From the NCBI GenBank assembly GCA_030648835.1, contig JAUSGT010000002.1, positions 373,458 to 437,457 of the forward strand: a DNA stretch of 64,000 nt, given 5' to 3'. Shown in pieces: positions 8,862 through 17,564 of this stretch. This DNA comes from Candidatus Moraniibacteriota bacterium. GTDB taxonomy: Bacteria; Patescibacteriota; Minisyncoccia; Moranbacterales; UBA1568. The notes under the pieces were generated by a model that did not search any database, was not told the DNA's origin, and saw only the letters and a program-made list of their open reading frames with translations. The translations under genes were made by a program, and so were the position numbers. How positions within the stretch are numbered: the first letter of the stretch is position 1; every line of letters begins with the position of its first letter.

Positions 8862-9842
8862 ATGAGTAAGGAAAAGAAATTCGGAATTATCGCTGGAGCA
8901 GTTCTCATTGCTATTGCGGGTCTGTTTATAATGAACCGTGTATTTTTCAACGCACCTCAATCTCAGGAAGAAAAGACAGTTTTTATTATGAATCGTAGTC
9001 AAACCGAAACACAAACATTGGATAAATTAAAAACTCAAGGATTGATTAGAAATAAATGGGCATTTAAGTTGGTTCTATTTCTCAAGCATAACAAAATTGA
9101 GCCTGGCGGTTATACTGTGTCAAAAAGTATGAGCGCTTGGCAAATCGCCAACAAACTTATTTCTGCTCCTGATATGAAATGGGTGGTAATCCCCGAGGGA
9201 CTGCGAAAGGAGCAGATTGGGGAAAAACTGGCGGAGACATTCGATTGGAGTGACGAAGAACTTGGTAAATGGAATACGGAATACACTAAAATGAGGATAG
9301 ATTATATCGAGGGGACGTATTTCCCTGATACCTATCTTATTCCGGTAAATGAAGGCGGATTCAAAATGGCTGAACGAATGACGAGGCGTTTTGATGAAAA
9401 ATTTGCTCCGTATATCAGCCAGTTTGCCCAACAAAATATCCTGTGGACTACTGGGCTCAAATTAGCTTCAATTATCCAGAGAGAAGCCGGGGGGAAAGAC
9501 GATATGCCCCTTATCGCTGGAGTCATGTGGAACAGGCTCGATCAAAATATGAATTTAGAAATAGACGCGACTGTCCAGTATGCACGAGGGAAAGCCGAGG
9601 CTGGCTGGTGGGCACCCGTTACATCTGGAGGTATACAAAGCATCGATTCTCCATACAATACTTACAAAAACAAGGGACTACCTCCCTTTCCTATTTCTAA
9701 TCCAGGGATTGATGCGATTGAAGCGGTCTTACATCCAGTTGAAACTGATTGTCTATACTACCTTCACGACAGCGATCGGCAAATCCACTGCGCTAAGACG
9801 TTTGAAGAACACAAGGAAAATATAGAGAAGTACTTGCGGTAA
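8862..9842 (+). CDS. mltG: Endolytic murein transglycosylase MltG (YceG-like)
   Basis: N-terminal TM. YceG-like motifs (GGYTV, EGLRKEQI, SIIQREAG, GVMWNRL, LEIDATVQY). Confidence 0.75.
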   Translation: MSKEKKFGIIAGAVLIAIAGLFIMNRVFFNAPQSQEEKTVFIMNRSQTETQTLDKLKTQGLIRNKWAFKLVLFLKHNKIEPGGYTVSKSMSAWQIANKLISAPDMKWVVIPEGLRKEQIGEKLAETFDWSDEELGKWNTEYTKMRIDYIEGTYFPDTYLIPVNEGGFKMAERMTRRFDEKFAPYISQFAQQNILWTTGLKLASIIQREAGGKDDMPLIAGVMWNRLDQNMNLEIDATVQYARGKAEAGWWAPVTSGGIQSIDSPYNTYKNKGLPPFPISNPGIDAIEAVLHPVETDCLYYLHDSDRQIHCAKTFEEHKENIEKYLR

Positions 9843-9890
9843 TCACATGAAAATGTACCTCTACGGAAACATCCAAAAGGGAGACATCCC

Positions 9891-10054
9891 GCTGTCCCAT
9901 ATGGTAAAATGAGACAAGGTCTGTCCTGTGTCTCATTTGTCTCGTTTTACCCCCAAAACCGCGACCCGAGAGCCTCAATCCACTCGTCGGCCAAGACCTC
10001 CAAGAAATCCCTCAACGGCTTGATTTCTCAAAGTTCTAGACCGATGACGCCCGC
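9891..10054. repeat. About 164 bp GC-rich intergenic repeat, copy 2
   Basis: Near-identical to 8476..8639 (a few substitutions). Confidence 0.85.
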
Positions 10055-10301
10055 TAAGATTATTTTTCACCCTTCTGGGTGTAAAATAGGCTTTGTTGAT
10101 TGGAAGGATGAGAAGGGCGTGAGTCGGATGCGAACAAGCGAGCATCCTGTGTGTAGCGCCCAGGCTCCGAGTCGGAGCGAGGAGGAATCCCTCCTTCTCC
10201 GCCCTCGCTCGCCGAAGCGAACCTTCGGCGTGACGAAGTCCGCTGTAGATACGTGAAAGTTTTCGAGGTTCCGGTTGATGATCTTTTGAAGAAATAAAAC
10301 T

Positions 10302-11288
10302 ATGAAAAAATTAATTGTACATAAAGTAAATATTTCTCATCAGCGTCTTGTTGAACTATCTAAACTAGCCGATCAGGCAAAGCCTTTTTACGATTGGGTT
10401 GAAAAGGTAGCAAAAAAAGTTACTGGATCGCACAGAAGTTTGAACGAGATAATTTTTCAGTCATCAAAAAAAGAAATTCATACCATAATTAAAAGTTGTT
10501 ATTCCAATGGAGCGGAAACAAAACCTTTTTTGTTTGATGGCGTTGGTAGAGTTTATCCTCACTTTAAGGCTTGTTTTTACTTTTTTGCTTGGATAGTTCG
10601 AGACGCTCCACAACAAAGACTTTCCCCCTTAATTAGTCGTATGCAAAAAGCCGACAAGGTTTCTAAAATTACGGCGGAAACAGATGCGCTTGTAAAATTA
10701 ATTTTTGAATACAAATCTGTAGTAAAAAGTTTTGAATGGCAAGCTGTGCGAGAAGTGATAATTGATAGGTTGGAGGGGTCTAGGCGAAGTATTCGCGGAC
10801 ATGCTTTAGAGGCGAGCGCGCGAACAAGCTTGGTTACCGCTATTCAAAATTATTATTCAATTCACGGAGATTACGGGAAATTTAAGAAAGTTGAAATTGC
10901 TGATAAGCAGATAAAAATAGGTAGGCACACTGTAGACGTTTCCGCTTTGCTCTATCCTAAAAATGAATCAGTTCCTATTCGACTGCTTATCCCAATAAAG
11001 ACAAGGGAGACCGAAGGCGGTGGTCATTCTCATATCTTCACTAGAGATGTAATTTCCGCGATTACTGATATTAAAGCCGAAAAGAAAAAAGATCATATTA
11101 TAGTTGTGATTGTTGCCGAAAATTGGTCTCCAAGAGAAATCCAGACAATAGATGATGCGATTGATTTGATTTTTCATTTCAATATGAGTCCGAATGCATT
11201 TGAGGGCTTTGACGAGAGCGCTCAAGTTACATTGAATCAGTATATTGAAAAAATATTTAGCGAATATGAAAAGCAAGCACGAAAATAA
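10302..11288 (+). CDS. Hypothetical protein, putative restriction endonuclease partner of the downstream methyltransferase
   Basis: Overlaps the MTase gene by 44 nt in the same operon. No nuclease motif could be confirmed by eye. Confidence 0.35.
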   Translation: MKKLIVHKVNISHQRLVELSKLADQAKPFYDWVEKVAKKVTGSHRSLNEIIFQSSKKEIHTIIKSCYSNGAETKPFLFDGVGRVYPHFKACFYFFAWIVRDAPQQRLSPLISRMQKADKVSKITAETDALVKLIFEYKSVVKSFEWQAVREVIIDRLEGSRRSIRGHALEASARTSLVTAIQNYYSIHGDYGKFKKVEIADKQIKIGRHTVDVSALLYPKNESVPIRLLIPIKTRETEGGGHSHIFTRDVISAITDIKAEKKKDHIIVVIVAENWSPREIQTIDDAIDLIFHFNMSPNAFEGFDESAQVTLNQYIEKIFSEYEKQARK

Positions 11289-12150
11289 AATACTACTTGG
11301 TGATGTACGGGAAGTGATAAAAATCTTTCCCGATCTGCACTTTCAAGCTATTATCACTAGCCCGCCATATTTTGGTCATAGAAAATATTCAGAAAAAAGT
11401 TCTAGTGGCGAGGTGGGTCGGGAATCAAACCCAGAACAGTATATTGAGAATATTAGGCAAATTTTCAACGGGCTTAGGCCAAAATTAAAAGACAATGGAT
11501 TATTGTGGTTAAACCTTGGCGATACCTACAGAGAGAAAACCCTACTTGGTATTCCGTGGCGGACTGCTCTGGCTTTGCAATCTGACGGCTGGATACTCCG
11601 AAGTGATATTATTTGGCGAAAAACAAATGCTATGCCGTCGTCCATCAAAGATCGACCTACTACTGATCATGAGTATGTATTTATGTTTTCCAAAACTCCA
11701 GAATATCTTTATTACGCGGACGCAATTAGAGAGCCACATGTTACGTTTTCTGATAAATCCAAAATGAAGGGTGGAAGAAATCATTTTGGGAAACGAGACG
11801 GTACACCGGAAAACGGAAAGAATGGCGGCAACTCAAATCTTCACAATGGAAGGTGGGATCAAGCTTTTCACCCAAATGGAAGGAATAAAAGAACTGTTTG
11901 GGATATTTCTCTAGGCAAGTTTAGAGATACGCATTTTGCGGTTTATCCTGAAAAGCTTGTAGAAACTTGTATTCTTGCATCTACAAAAGAGGGCGATTTG
12001 GTTTTTGACCCATTTATGGGTTCTGGTACAACAGCATTGGTGGCGTGTAAGCTAGGGAGAAATTTTACTGGTGTTGAGTTAGTCGAAAAATATAAAGACA
12101 TGGCGGAAAAAAGAGTCTCGCCTTATCTTAAACAAGCAAAATTAGTATGA
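11245..12150 (+). CDS. DNA methyltransferase, beta-class N4-cytosine/N6-adenine (motif IV SPPY before motif I FMGSGTT)
   Basis: IITSPPYFG (D/S-PPY). DPFMGSGTTALVA (FxGxG SAM-binding motif) near the C-terminus. Confidence 0.85.
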   Translation: MKKYLANMKSKHENKILLGDVREVIKIFPDLHFQAIITSPPYFGHRKYSEKSSSGEVGRESNPEQYIENIRQIFNGLRPKLKDNGLLWLNLGDTYREKTLLGIPWRTALALQSDGWILRSDIIWRKTNAMPSSIKDRPTTDHEYVFMFSKTPEYLYYADAIREPHVTFSDKSKMKGGRNHFGKRDGTPENGKNGGNSNLHNGRWDQAFHPNGRNKRTVWDISLGKFRDTHFAVYPEKLVETCILASTKEGDLVFDPFMGSGTTALVACKLGRNFTGVELVEKYKDMAEKRVSPYLKQAKLV

Positions 12151-13208
12151 ATGAAAGACAACAGATAATCAAAGAAATTGAGGATTTGCGAGGTTCGCGC
12201 GTTATAACCTACATAACGAGCGATAGACCCGGAATAATCTCAATGATTGATCCAATGGATTTACGAGAGATTTTTGATCATCTGAAAGATATCCCCAAAG
12301 ATACAAAAATTGATTTATACATTTACAGTCGCGGTGGAAATTCCGTAACTGCGTGGGCTCTCGTAAATCTTATTCGCGAACACACTAAAGATTTTAATGT
12401 TCTTGTACCTTATCGCGCACACAGTTGTGCTACTGCTATTGCAATTGGGTCAAATGAAATAGTTATGGGACGAATGGGAGAGTTAGGACCAATAGACCCA
12501 ACACTTTCTGCAATAGTTGATAATAAAAAAGTTGATGTCTCAACCGAAGATTTATCTAGCTACATTGCTTTTTTGAAAGAAAAGTTTGGTATCAATCGTC
12601 AAAAGCATACGATTCAAGCATTTAGCCAACTTGCCGAAAACGTAAAACCTCTTTTGCTTGGTAGAGCGTACCGCTCGTATCTCAAAGCAACTGATGACGC
12701 GATAAAACTTTTGCGACTACATTTGAGTGACGAAAGGAAAATCAAAAGCATTGCTGAACATCTTGTTGAGAAACTTTATGCCCACGATCATATTATCTCT
12801 CGTAGGGAAGCTAAAGAAAAAATTGGCCTGAACGTTCTTTGCGCTGAAGGAGATTTGGAAAAGAAAATGTGGGAGTTATACCTCAAATACGAGGATATGC
12901 TAAAATTAAAAGAACCATACAAGGATGAACCAACGACAGGAAACGATCCAAGAATTTTGCCGGTTACTGTCGTTGAAAGTATAACTATGACTAGCAAAAA
13001 GAACGTTCGACAATTCATTAAGGAAGTCAGCTTGCCACAGCAAAATATGGCGGCGATGCCTGTTATTGTTGGTGATAAGCCCGCGCTCATGTTCCCAAAC
13101 GGACAAGCTATTCAGATTGTAACAGAGGGGCAAACTGTTGTTTTAGATCAGAAGTTTTTTGCTAAAACGGAAACTATAGTTTGGGAACAAGAGGTAGTAA
13201 CGGAATAA
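12147..13208 (+). CDS. ClpP/SppA-superfamily (S14/S49-like) serine peptidase with a C-terminal extension
   Basis: IDLYIYSRGGNSVTAWALVNLIRE ... YRAHSCATAIAIGSNEIVMG aligns with the ClpP core (DIYLYINSPGG ... GQAASMG). ATGA overlap with the MTase stop. Confidence 0.5.
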   Translation: MNERQQIIKEIEDLRGSRVITYITSDRPGIISMIDPMDLREIFDHLKDIPKDTKIDLYIYSRGGNSVTAWALVNLIREHTKDFNVLVPYRAHSCATAIAIGSNEIVMGRMGELGPIDPTLSAIVDNKKVDVSTEDLSSYIAFLKEKFGINRQKHTIQAFSQLAENVKPLLLGRAYRSYLKATDDAIKLLRLHLSDERKIKSIAEHLVEKLYAHDHIISRREAKEKIGLNVLCAEGDLEKKMWELYLKYEDMLKLKEPYKDEPTTGNDPRILPVTVVESITMTSKKNVRQFIKEVSLPQQNMAAMPVIVGDKPALMFPNGQAIQIVTEGQTVVLDQKFFAKTETIVWEQEVVTE

Positions 13209-13598
13209 TGCGCGTAGCGATTTCCCTGCGGTCTTGCCGCAGGAACCACTAAGGAAAGTTTGAAAACCTTGGTTTTCAAGTTAGACTATAGTGGCAAAGC
13301 CTCGGGTCATACCCTGTGGTCTTGGCATAGGGTTGTTGATTTTTGTTGCTTGAAATTCGCCAAAAGAAAACAGCGGAGCAAATGGAAAATTCCTCCCCAA
13401 ACCCCTCCTCCTCCGCTTGCGACATCCGAATTCAAAAACAAATGAGCGTACGAGGCAGTCTCGAGCCACCACGCGCTCCGTGCGTGCGATTAGTCGGCAT
13501 CATGGTTGCTTTCAAAATACATTCGAACTTTGTATAATACACACCGCATCAAACTCATAGTATCGAGTAGACTTGAGCTTTAATAATAAGAAAACAAT

Positions 13599-13985
13599 AT
13601 GGGAGAGTTTATTGCATTTTTAAGTTTTCTAGGTACTAACATACAGGCACTAAGTTTTTTAGTTGTGGTGGTTGGAGGAGTTTTTGCTTGGGTAAAATTT
13701 AGAGAGTACGTAAAAGATAAGAGATTTACAACTTACCATAATTTGATAGATCAGCTTGTAGATGATAAAAGCCATCCAAGTGGAAAGTTGATGTTGGATA
13801 GACAAATTGCAATTGTTTTTGAACTTAGAAGTTTTCCTAAATATTATAAAGTTACTCAGAGAATTCTAGAGGGACTTAAGAATGAAGAAACCTGGAAGAC
13901 TGGAAATCCAAGACTTGTTGAAGAAGTCGATCTAACTTTAGAATATATAAACTCAAATATATTCTGCCGATTGTTTAAGAGATAA
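13599..13985 (+). CDS. Small membrane protein (128 aa), hypothetical
   Basis: N-terminal hydrophobic segment. A consensus TATAAT box about 60 bp upstream. Confidence 0.4.
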   Translation: MGEFIAFLSFLGTNIQALSFLVVVVGGVFAWVKFREYVKDKRFTTYHNLIDQLVDDKSHPSGKLMLDRQIAIVFELRSFPKYYKVTQRILEGLKNEETWKTGNPRLVEEVDLTLEYINSNIFCRLFKR

Positions 13986-14080
13986 TGCGACCCGACCTTT
14001 CCAATCCGTTCGTCGGCCAAGACCCCTAAGAAATCCCTCAACGGCTTGATTTCTCAAAGTTCTAGACCGATGACGCCTGC
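13986..14080. repeat. Partial (3' half) copy of the 164 bp repeat, copy 3
   Basis: Matches the 3' roughly 95 bp of the copies at 8476 and 9891 with a few substitutions. Confidence 0.8.
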
Positions 14081-14109
14081 ACCGAGTATTAAGTATCGGA
14101 TATACCCAT

Positions 14110-14721
14110 ATGGATGATTTCGAGCTATCGGAAGTTAAAGAATTAATAGAACTCGTTCGTCTTAAAGTCGATGATGGGTTTTGGATGGTTCAATACCTAC
14201 GACTCCAATCAGTCTATATATATTTTCAATATGCAGTAGTACAGACAAGAATTCAAGAAGAAAATTTAAAGTTAATGGAGAATGGGGAACATAAGAACTT
14301 CCCTGCACATGAAGCATATGCTGAGAGTGATTTAAGGATTTATTCATCAGCTTTGTCGACATATGCCTACATGCGTACGTGTCTTCATATCACTTATGAG
14401 TTAGCTGAAGCTATACCTAATGATGAAGAACTTAAAAAATATAGAGAAGAGAATAAGGCATGGGGAAAGGATTTAATAGATAAGAGAGATAAGCTGCAGG
14501 CTCATCCGTACAATGAATGTGCATTAGTCTGGAAAAGAACTATGCGAAGCAGTGATGGGAGAATAGAATTTCCGATTAGGAACTTGGTCGATTTATCTAA
14601 GAGTGAAAAAATAATGATTTGGCCTAGGAAAAACCTTGAAGAGGTGCGAATATATTTACAAACCATTTCTATCCACCTAAAAAGGTTATATGGTAATTTT
14701 GTCTCGAGCGTTTCAAAATGA
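14110..14721 (+). CDS. Hypothetical protein (203 aa), last gene of the AT-rich island
   Basis: ORF. No recognisable domain. Confidence 0.4.
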   Translation: MDDFELSEVKELIELVRLKVDDGFWMVQYLRLQSVYIYFQYAVVQTRIQEENLKLMENGEHKNFPAHEAYAESDLRIYSSALSTYAYMRTCLHITYELAEAIPNDEELKKYREENKAWGKDLIDKRDKLQAHPYNECALVWKRTMRSSDGRIEFPIRNLVDLSKSEKIMIWPRKNLEEVRIYLQTISIHLKRLYGNFVSSVSK

Positions 14722-14725
14722 TAGT

Positions 14726-14768
14726 GGAGACACTCTTCAAAAAGCCTTAATGAGAGTGTCATTTTTGA
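14726..14768 (+). terminator. Rho-independent terminator (GGAGACACTCT...AGAGTGTC plus T-run)
   Basis: 8 bp stem, 16 nt loop, ATTTTTG tail immediately after the stop at 14721. Confidence 0.6.
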
Positions 14769-14812
14769 TAGTGCTCAAATCCGAATAACTTGCAGTAAAC
14801 ATTTTTACCGTT

Positions 14813-15730
14813 ATGAAAATCACCCCACCGGTTGTTATATTGCCGCTTGAAGAAATTACTATCAAGAAAGGAAATGTCCGGATATTTGGCAACGGTGTTT
14901 GGGGGACGGCGCTTGGTAGCGTCATTTCTCGACCACCGGCCGGTCTCAAGGTTTTTATATTTGCTTTGCCGACGAACGTGCTGCGGAACGTTCTTTGGGA
15001 AGTGAAGGATCGGATAGATAACAAGACGCTGGTCATCAATGCCAGCAAGGGCATCGAGCAGAAGACACACAAACTTCCTTATGAAATCATCGAAGAGGTG
15101 CTTGGCAAAAGAGCGCATTATTTTTCCTTGATCGGACCCGGGTTTGCCCAGGAGGTAGTAAAGAAAAATCCGACCATCGTGAATCTGGGGTATCGTAATA
15201 AAAAATATCTGGCAGCAGCCAGAGCGGTTTTTCAAAAATCTTATTTCGATGTTGTCCCTACTCCGTGTCTCTACGCTATCGAAGTGATGGGATCGTTCAA
15301 AAATATCTATGCTATAAGTTGTGGTATTGCGGAAGGGCTGGGGTATGGTGTCAATACAAGAACGAAACTGATCCTCTTGGCATATCAGGAATTGAAAAAA
15401 CTTCTGATCGCGCTTGGTCATGATTATAATCGGTCTGCGGAGATCGCTTTTATGGGGGATCTCATCTTGACCTGTAGCAGTACCGAGAGTCGCAATTTTA
15501 CTTTCGGAAAGTTTTTGACACGTCACTCCGCCAGGGAGAGTCTGAATAAAATCAAGGAAACGGTAGAAGGGCTTTCTTCTGTCTCTTCGGTACGTTTTTT
15601 CGAACAGAAGGCTCAAATAAAATTGCCACTGGCGAGATTGATTCATGATATTATCGATATGAAGAATCATAGACTTGCGAAGAAACATTTTACGGATTTT
15701 ATCTTGCGTTCCCATTTGGAAGTAGTCTAG
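14813..15730 (+). CDS. gpsA: NAD(P)H-dependent glycerol-3-phosphate dehydrogenase
   Basis: GNGVWGTALG. GPGFAQEV. GDLILTCSSTESRNFTFG. Confidence 0.8.
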   Translation: MKITPPVVILPLEEITIKKGNVRIFGNGVWGTALGSVISRPPAGLKVFIFALPTNVLRNVLWEVKDRIDNKTLVINASKGIEQKTHKLPYEIIEEVLGKRAHYFSLIGPGFAQEVVKKNPTIVNLGYRNKKYLAAARAVFQKSYFDVVPTPCLYAIEVMGSFKNIYAISCGIAEGLGYGVNTRTKLILLAYQELKKLLIALGHDYNRSAEIAFMGDLILTCSSTESRNFTFGKFLTRHSARESLNKIKETVEGLSSVSSVRFFEQKAQIKLPLARLIHDIIDMKNHRLAKKHFTDFILRSHLEVV

Positions 15731-15873
15731 AAACACTTGATCCGTTATTCAAAAAAGTCCCTAAAAAGCTCTTTTTTCGTTTTTTATCGTATATGGTAGA
15801 ATGAAAACCACAAAGAAGCGGGGCATCAGTATTGTGTTTGTGATAATCAAATAATTTTTTAGGAAGTACGTTT

Positions 15874-16602
15874 ATGGAGAACGAAGTACCAAAGGCAGAG
15901 ACGAAGGCAGGAGAAATGAAGACATCGCAAGCGGAGGTAATCGGAGCAAAAACTGCTTCGGTGAAAAAGTCTCTCGTTGCGAAAATAGCGGCGCTCAAGG
16001 AGCATGTAGCAAAAATGAGTCGGACGACCAAGACTTTTGCCGGCGTGCTTGTAGTGTTTGCCATTCTTTTGGGAGCTTTGTATTATTTCAAGGGGGTATT
16101 TGTGGCGGCGACGGTCAATGGCAACCCGATCAGCCGGTTGAGCATCGTTTCAGAACTGGAAAAGAAAGCCGGTAAAAGTATTTTGGACACGGTAATTACC
16201 AAGAAGCTTATCGAAAACGAAGTAAAAAAACAGGGGATTGTCGTCTCGAGCGAGGACATCGATACCGAAATCAAAAACGTGGAAGCCCAAATCGCGGCCC
16301 AGGGCGGGACTTTGGAACAGGCGCTGTCTCAGCAAGGTATGACGACAGAGGATCTACGGGAACAAATTATGATCAACAAAGAGCTGGAGCAGGTGCTCGG
16401 TGACAAGCTTGCAGTGAGCGACGAAGAAGTCAATCAGTATTTGAGCGCGAATAAAGTGTCTCCGACCAAAGGAGCGAGTTCGGATGATCTCATGAGTCAG
16501 ACACGGGAACAACTGAAAGGACAGAAATTCAACACGGAAGCGGCGCGATTGATCGATGACCTGCGGGCCAAGGCAGTCATTAATTATTACACGCAGTACT
16601 AA
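15874..16602 (+). CDS. SurA N-terminal domain-like periplasmic chaperone
   Basis: TM anchor followed by VNGNPISRLSI ... EVNQYL, typical of the SurA/PpiD N-domain. Confidence 0.55.
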   Translation: MENEVPKAETKAGEMKTSQAEVIGAKTASVKKSLVAKIAALKEHVAKMSRTTKTFAGVLVVFAILLGALYYFKGVFVAATVNGNPISRLSIVSELEKKAGKSILDTVITKKLIENEVKKQGIVVSSEDIDTEIKNVEAQIAAQGGTLEQALSQQGMTTEDLREQIMINKELEQVLGDKLAVSDEEVNQYLSANKVSPTKGASSDDLMSQTREQLKGQKFNTEAARLIDDLRAKAVINYYTQY

Positions 16603-16646
16603 CTTTTACCTGATATTGTCTATGAACTCATATTAAGTTACCCCTC

Positions 16647-16723
16647 TGTCATTCCCGCGAAGGCGGGAATCCAGGCTCTACGGAAAGATTATTTCTGGAT
16701 CCCGTATCAAGTACGGGATGACA
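16647..16723. repeat. Palindromic element TGTCATTCCCGCGAAGGCGGGAAT ... ATCCCGTATCAAGTACGGGATGACA
   Basis: TGTCAT/ATGACA termini enclose two hairpins. Related copies at 36825..36877 and 54539..54609. Confidence 0.7.
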
Positions 16724-16789
16724 AAAGAAAAAGTCTTTTACTGGCTTGTTGGAAGCCTAGGTGGAAATTACTTACTACGGGTTATATAG

Positions 16790-16827
16790 AAAAAAGAGTT
16801 ACGTAATCAGTTACGTAATTCTTTTTG
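16790..16827. terminator. Bidirectional hairpin terminator between the convergent SurA-like and comF genes. Contains the double TTACGTAA palindrome.
   Basis: AAAAAAGAGTTACGTAATCAGTTACGTAATTCTTTTT: an A-run, a roughly 13 bp stem, then a T-run. Confidence 0.5.
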
Positions 16828-16829
16828 TA

Positions 16830-17564
16830 TCAGCGAGCCAAGACTATCCCGAAAACTTTTTTGGCGCCGGATTTTTTGAGGACTGTGGCGCATTCTTCCA
16901 GTGTAGTACCGGTCGTGGCGACATCATCGATGAGCCAGAGTGTCTTCCCTTGGATGAGCGGGATACTTTCCTCTGTGATGGCGAAGGCATTCCTCAGGTT
17001 GGCTAAGCGTTCTTTGCGCGTCTGTGTTTTTATCTGCGGCTTGGTGAAGCGGGTGCGCAAAAGACAGTTCTCCAAGACAGGAATGTCGAATCCCGGCGTG
17101 AGTATGTCGGCCAGTGTCCGAGCGAGGAGTGTGGATTGATTGAACCCGCGAAAACGCAGCCGGCGCGAGTGGAGCGGTACCGGAATGAAGTAATCGGGGA
17201 GCGCCACATCGGCTTCCGTGATTCTTTCCGCGAGCCAGTTCCCGAGCGGCTTGGCAAAGGCAGGGATGAAACGATATTTGAATATATGGATCGATGCCGA
17301 GACGATGGGAGAGCGGTAGAGAGACGCAGCAAAAAGCCCATCGAGGGAATGTATCCCAAAACAAGAAGAACAAACTTCACCGCGCGGAGTGGTGGTTTTG
17401 AGACAAGTGGGACAGCGTTGGCGCAAACGTCGGGGGAAAATATTGAGACACGTTTGGCAGAGATACTCCTTTGGAACATCACAACCGAAGCAACGGATAG
17501 GGAACAGCGTATCCAATATGCCAACGCCGATTTTTTTCAACACTAACTGGACATTGGGTGACAC
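16830..17564 (-). CDS. comF: ComF family phosphoribosyltransferase (competence protein ComFC)
   Basis: N-terminal Cys4 zinc finger (CFGC...CQTC). C-terminal PRTase motif LWLIDDVATTGTTL. Confidence 0.8.
   Translation of the reverse strand: MSPNVQLVLKKIGVGILDTLFPIRCFGCDVPKEYLCQTCLNIFPRRLRQRCPTCLKTTTPRGEVCSSCFGIHSLDGLFAASLYRSPIVSASIHIFKYRFIPAFAKPLGNWLAERITEADVALPDYFIPVPLHSRRLRFRGFNQSTLLARTLADILTPGFDIPVLENCLLRTRFTKPQIKTQTRKERLANLRNAFAITEESIPLIQGKTLWLIDDVATTGTTLEECATVLKKSGAKKVFGIVLAR

Noticed and set aside
8613-10256. ORFs 8613..9014 (-), 8648..8950 (-) and 9909..10256 (+) predicted across the repeat and GC-rich intergenic segments
   Set aside because: They read through the conserved repeat and hairpin regions, and no start or RBS context supports them. 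The region is better explained as noncoding repeat or structured DNA.
6479-14770. Calling the recombinase-plus-array a bona fide integron
   Set aside because: The recombinase is co-directional with the cassette-like units, no IntI-specific features or attI site could be verified, the repeats lack clear attC-like symmetry, and one unit is mltG. Reported only as an integron-like organisation.
14759-15736. 325 aa minus-strand ORF that overlaps gpsA almost completely
   Set aside because: The plus-strand product has clear GpsA motifs (GxGxxG, GPGFAQEV, TCSSTESRNFTFG). The antisense ORF has no recognisable features and is an expected artefact of codon bias.
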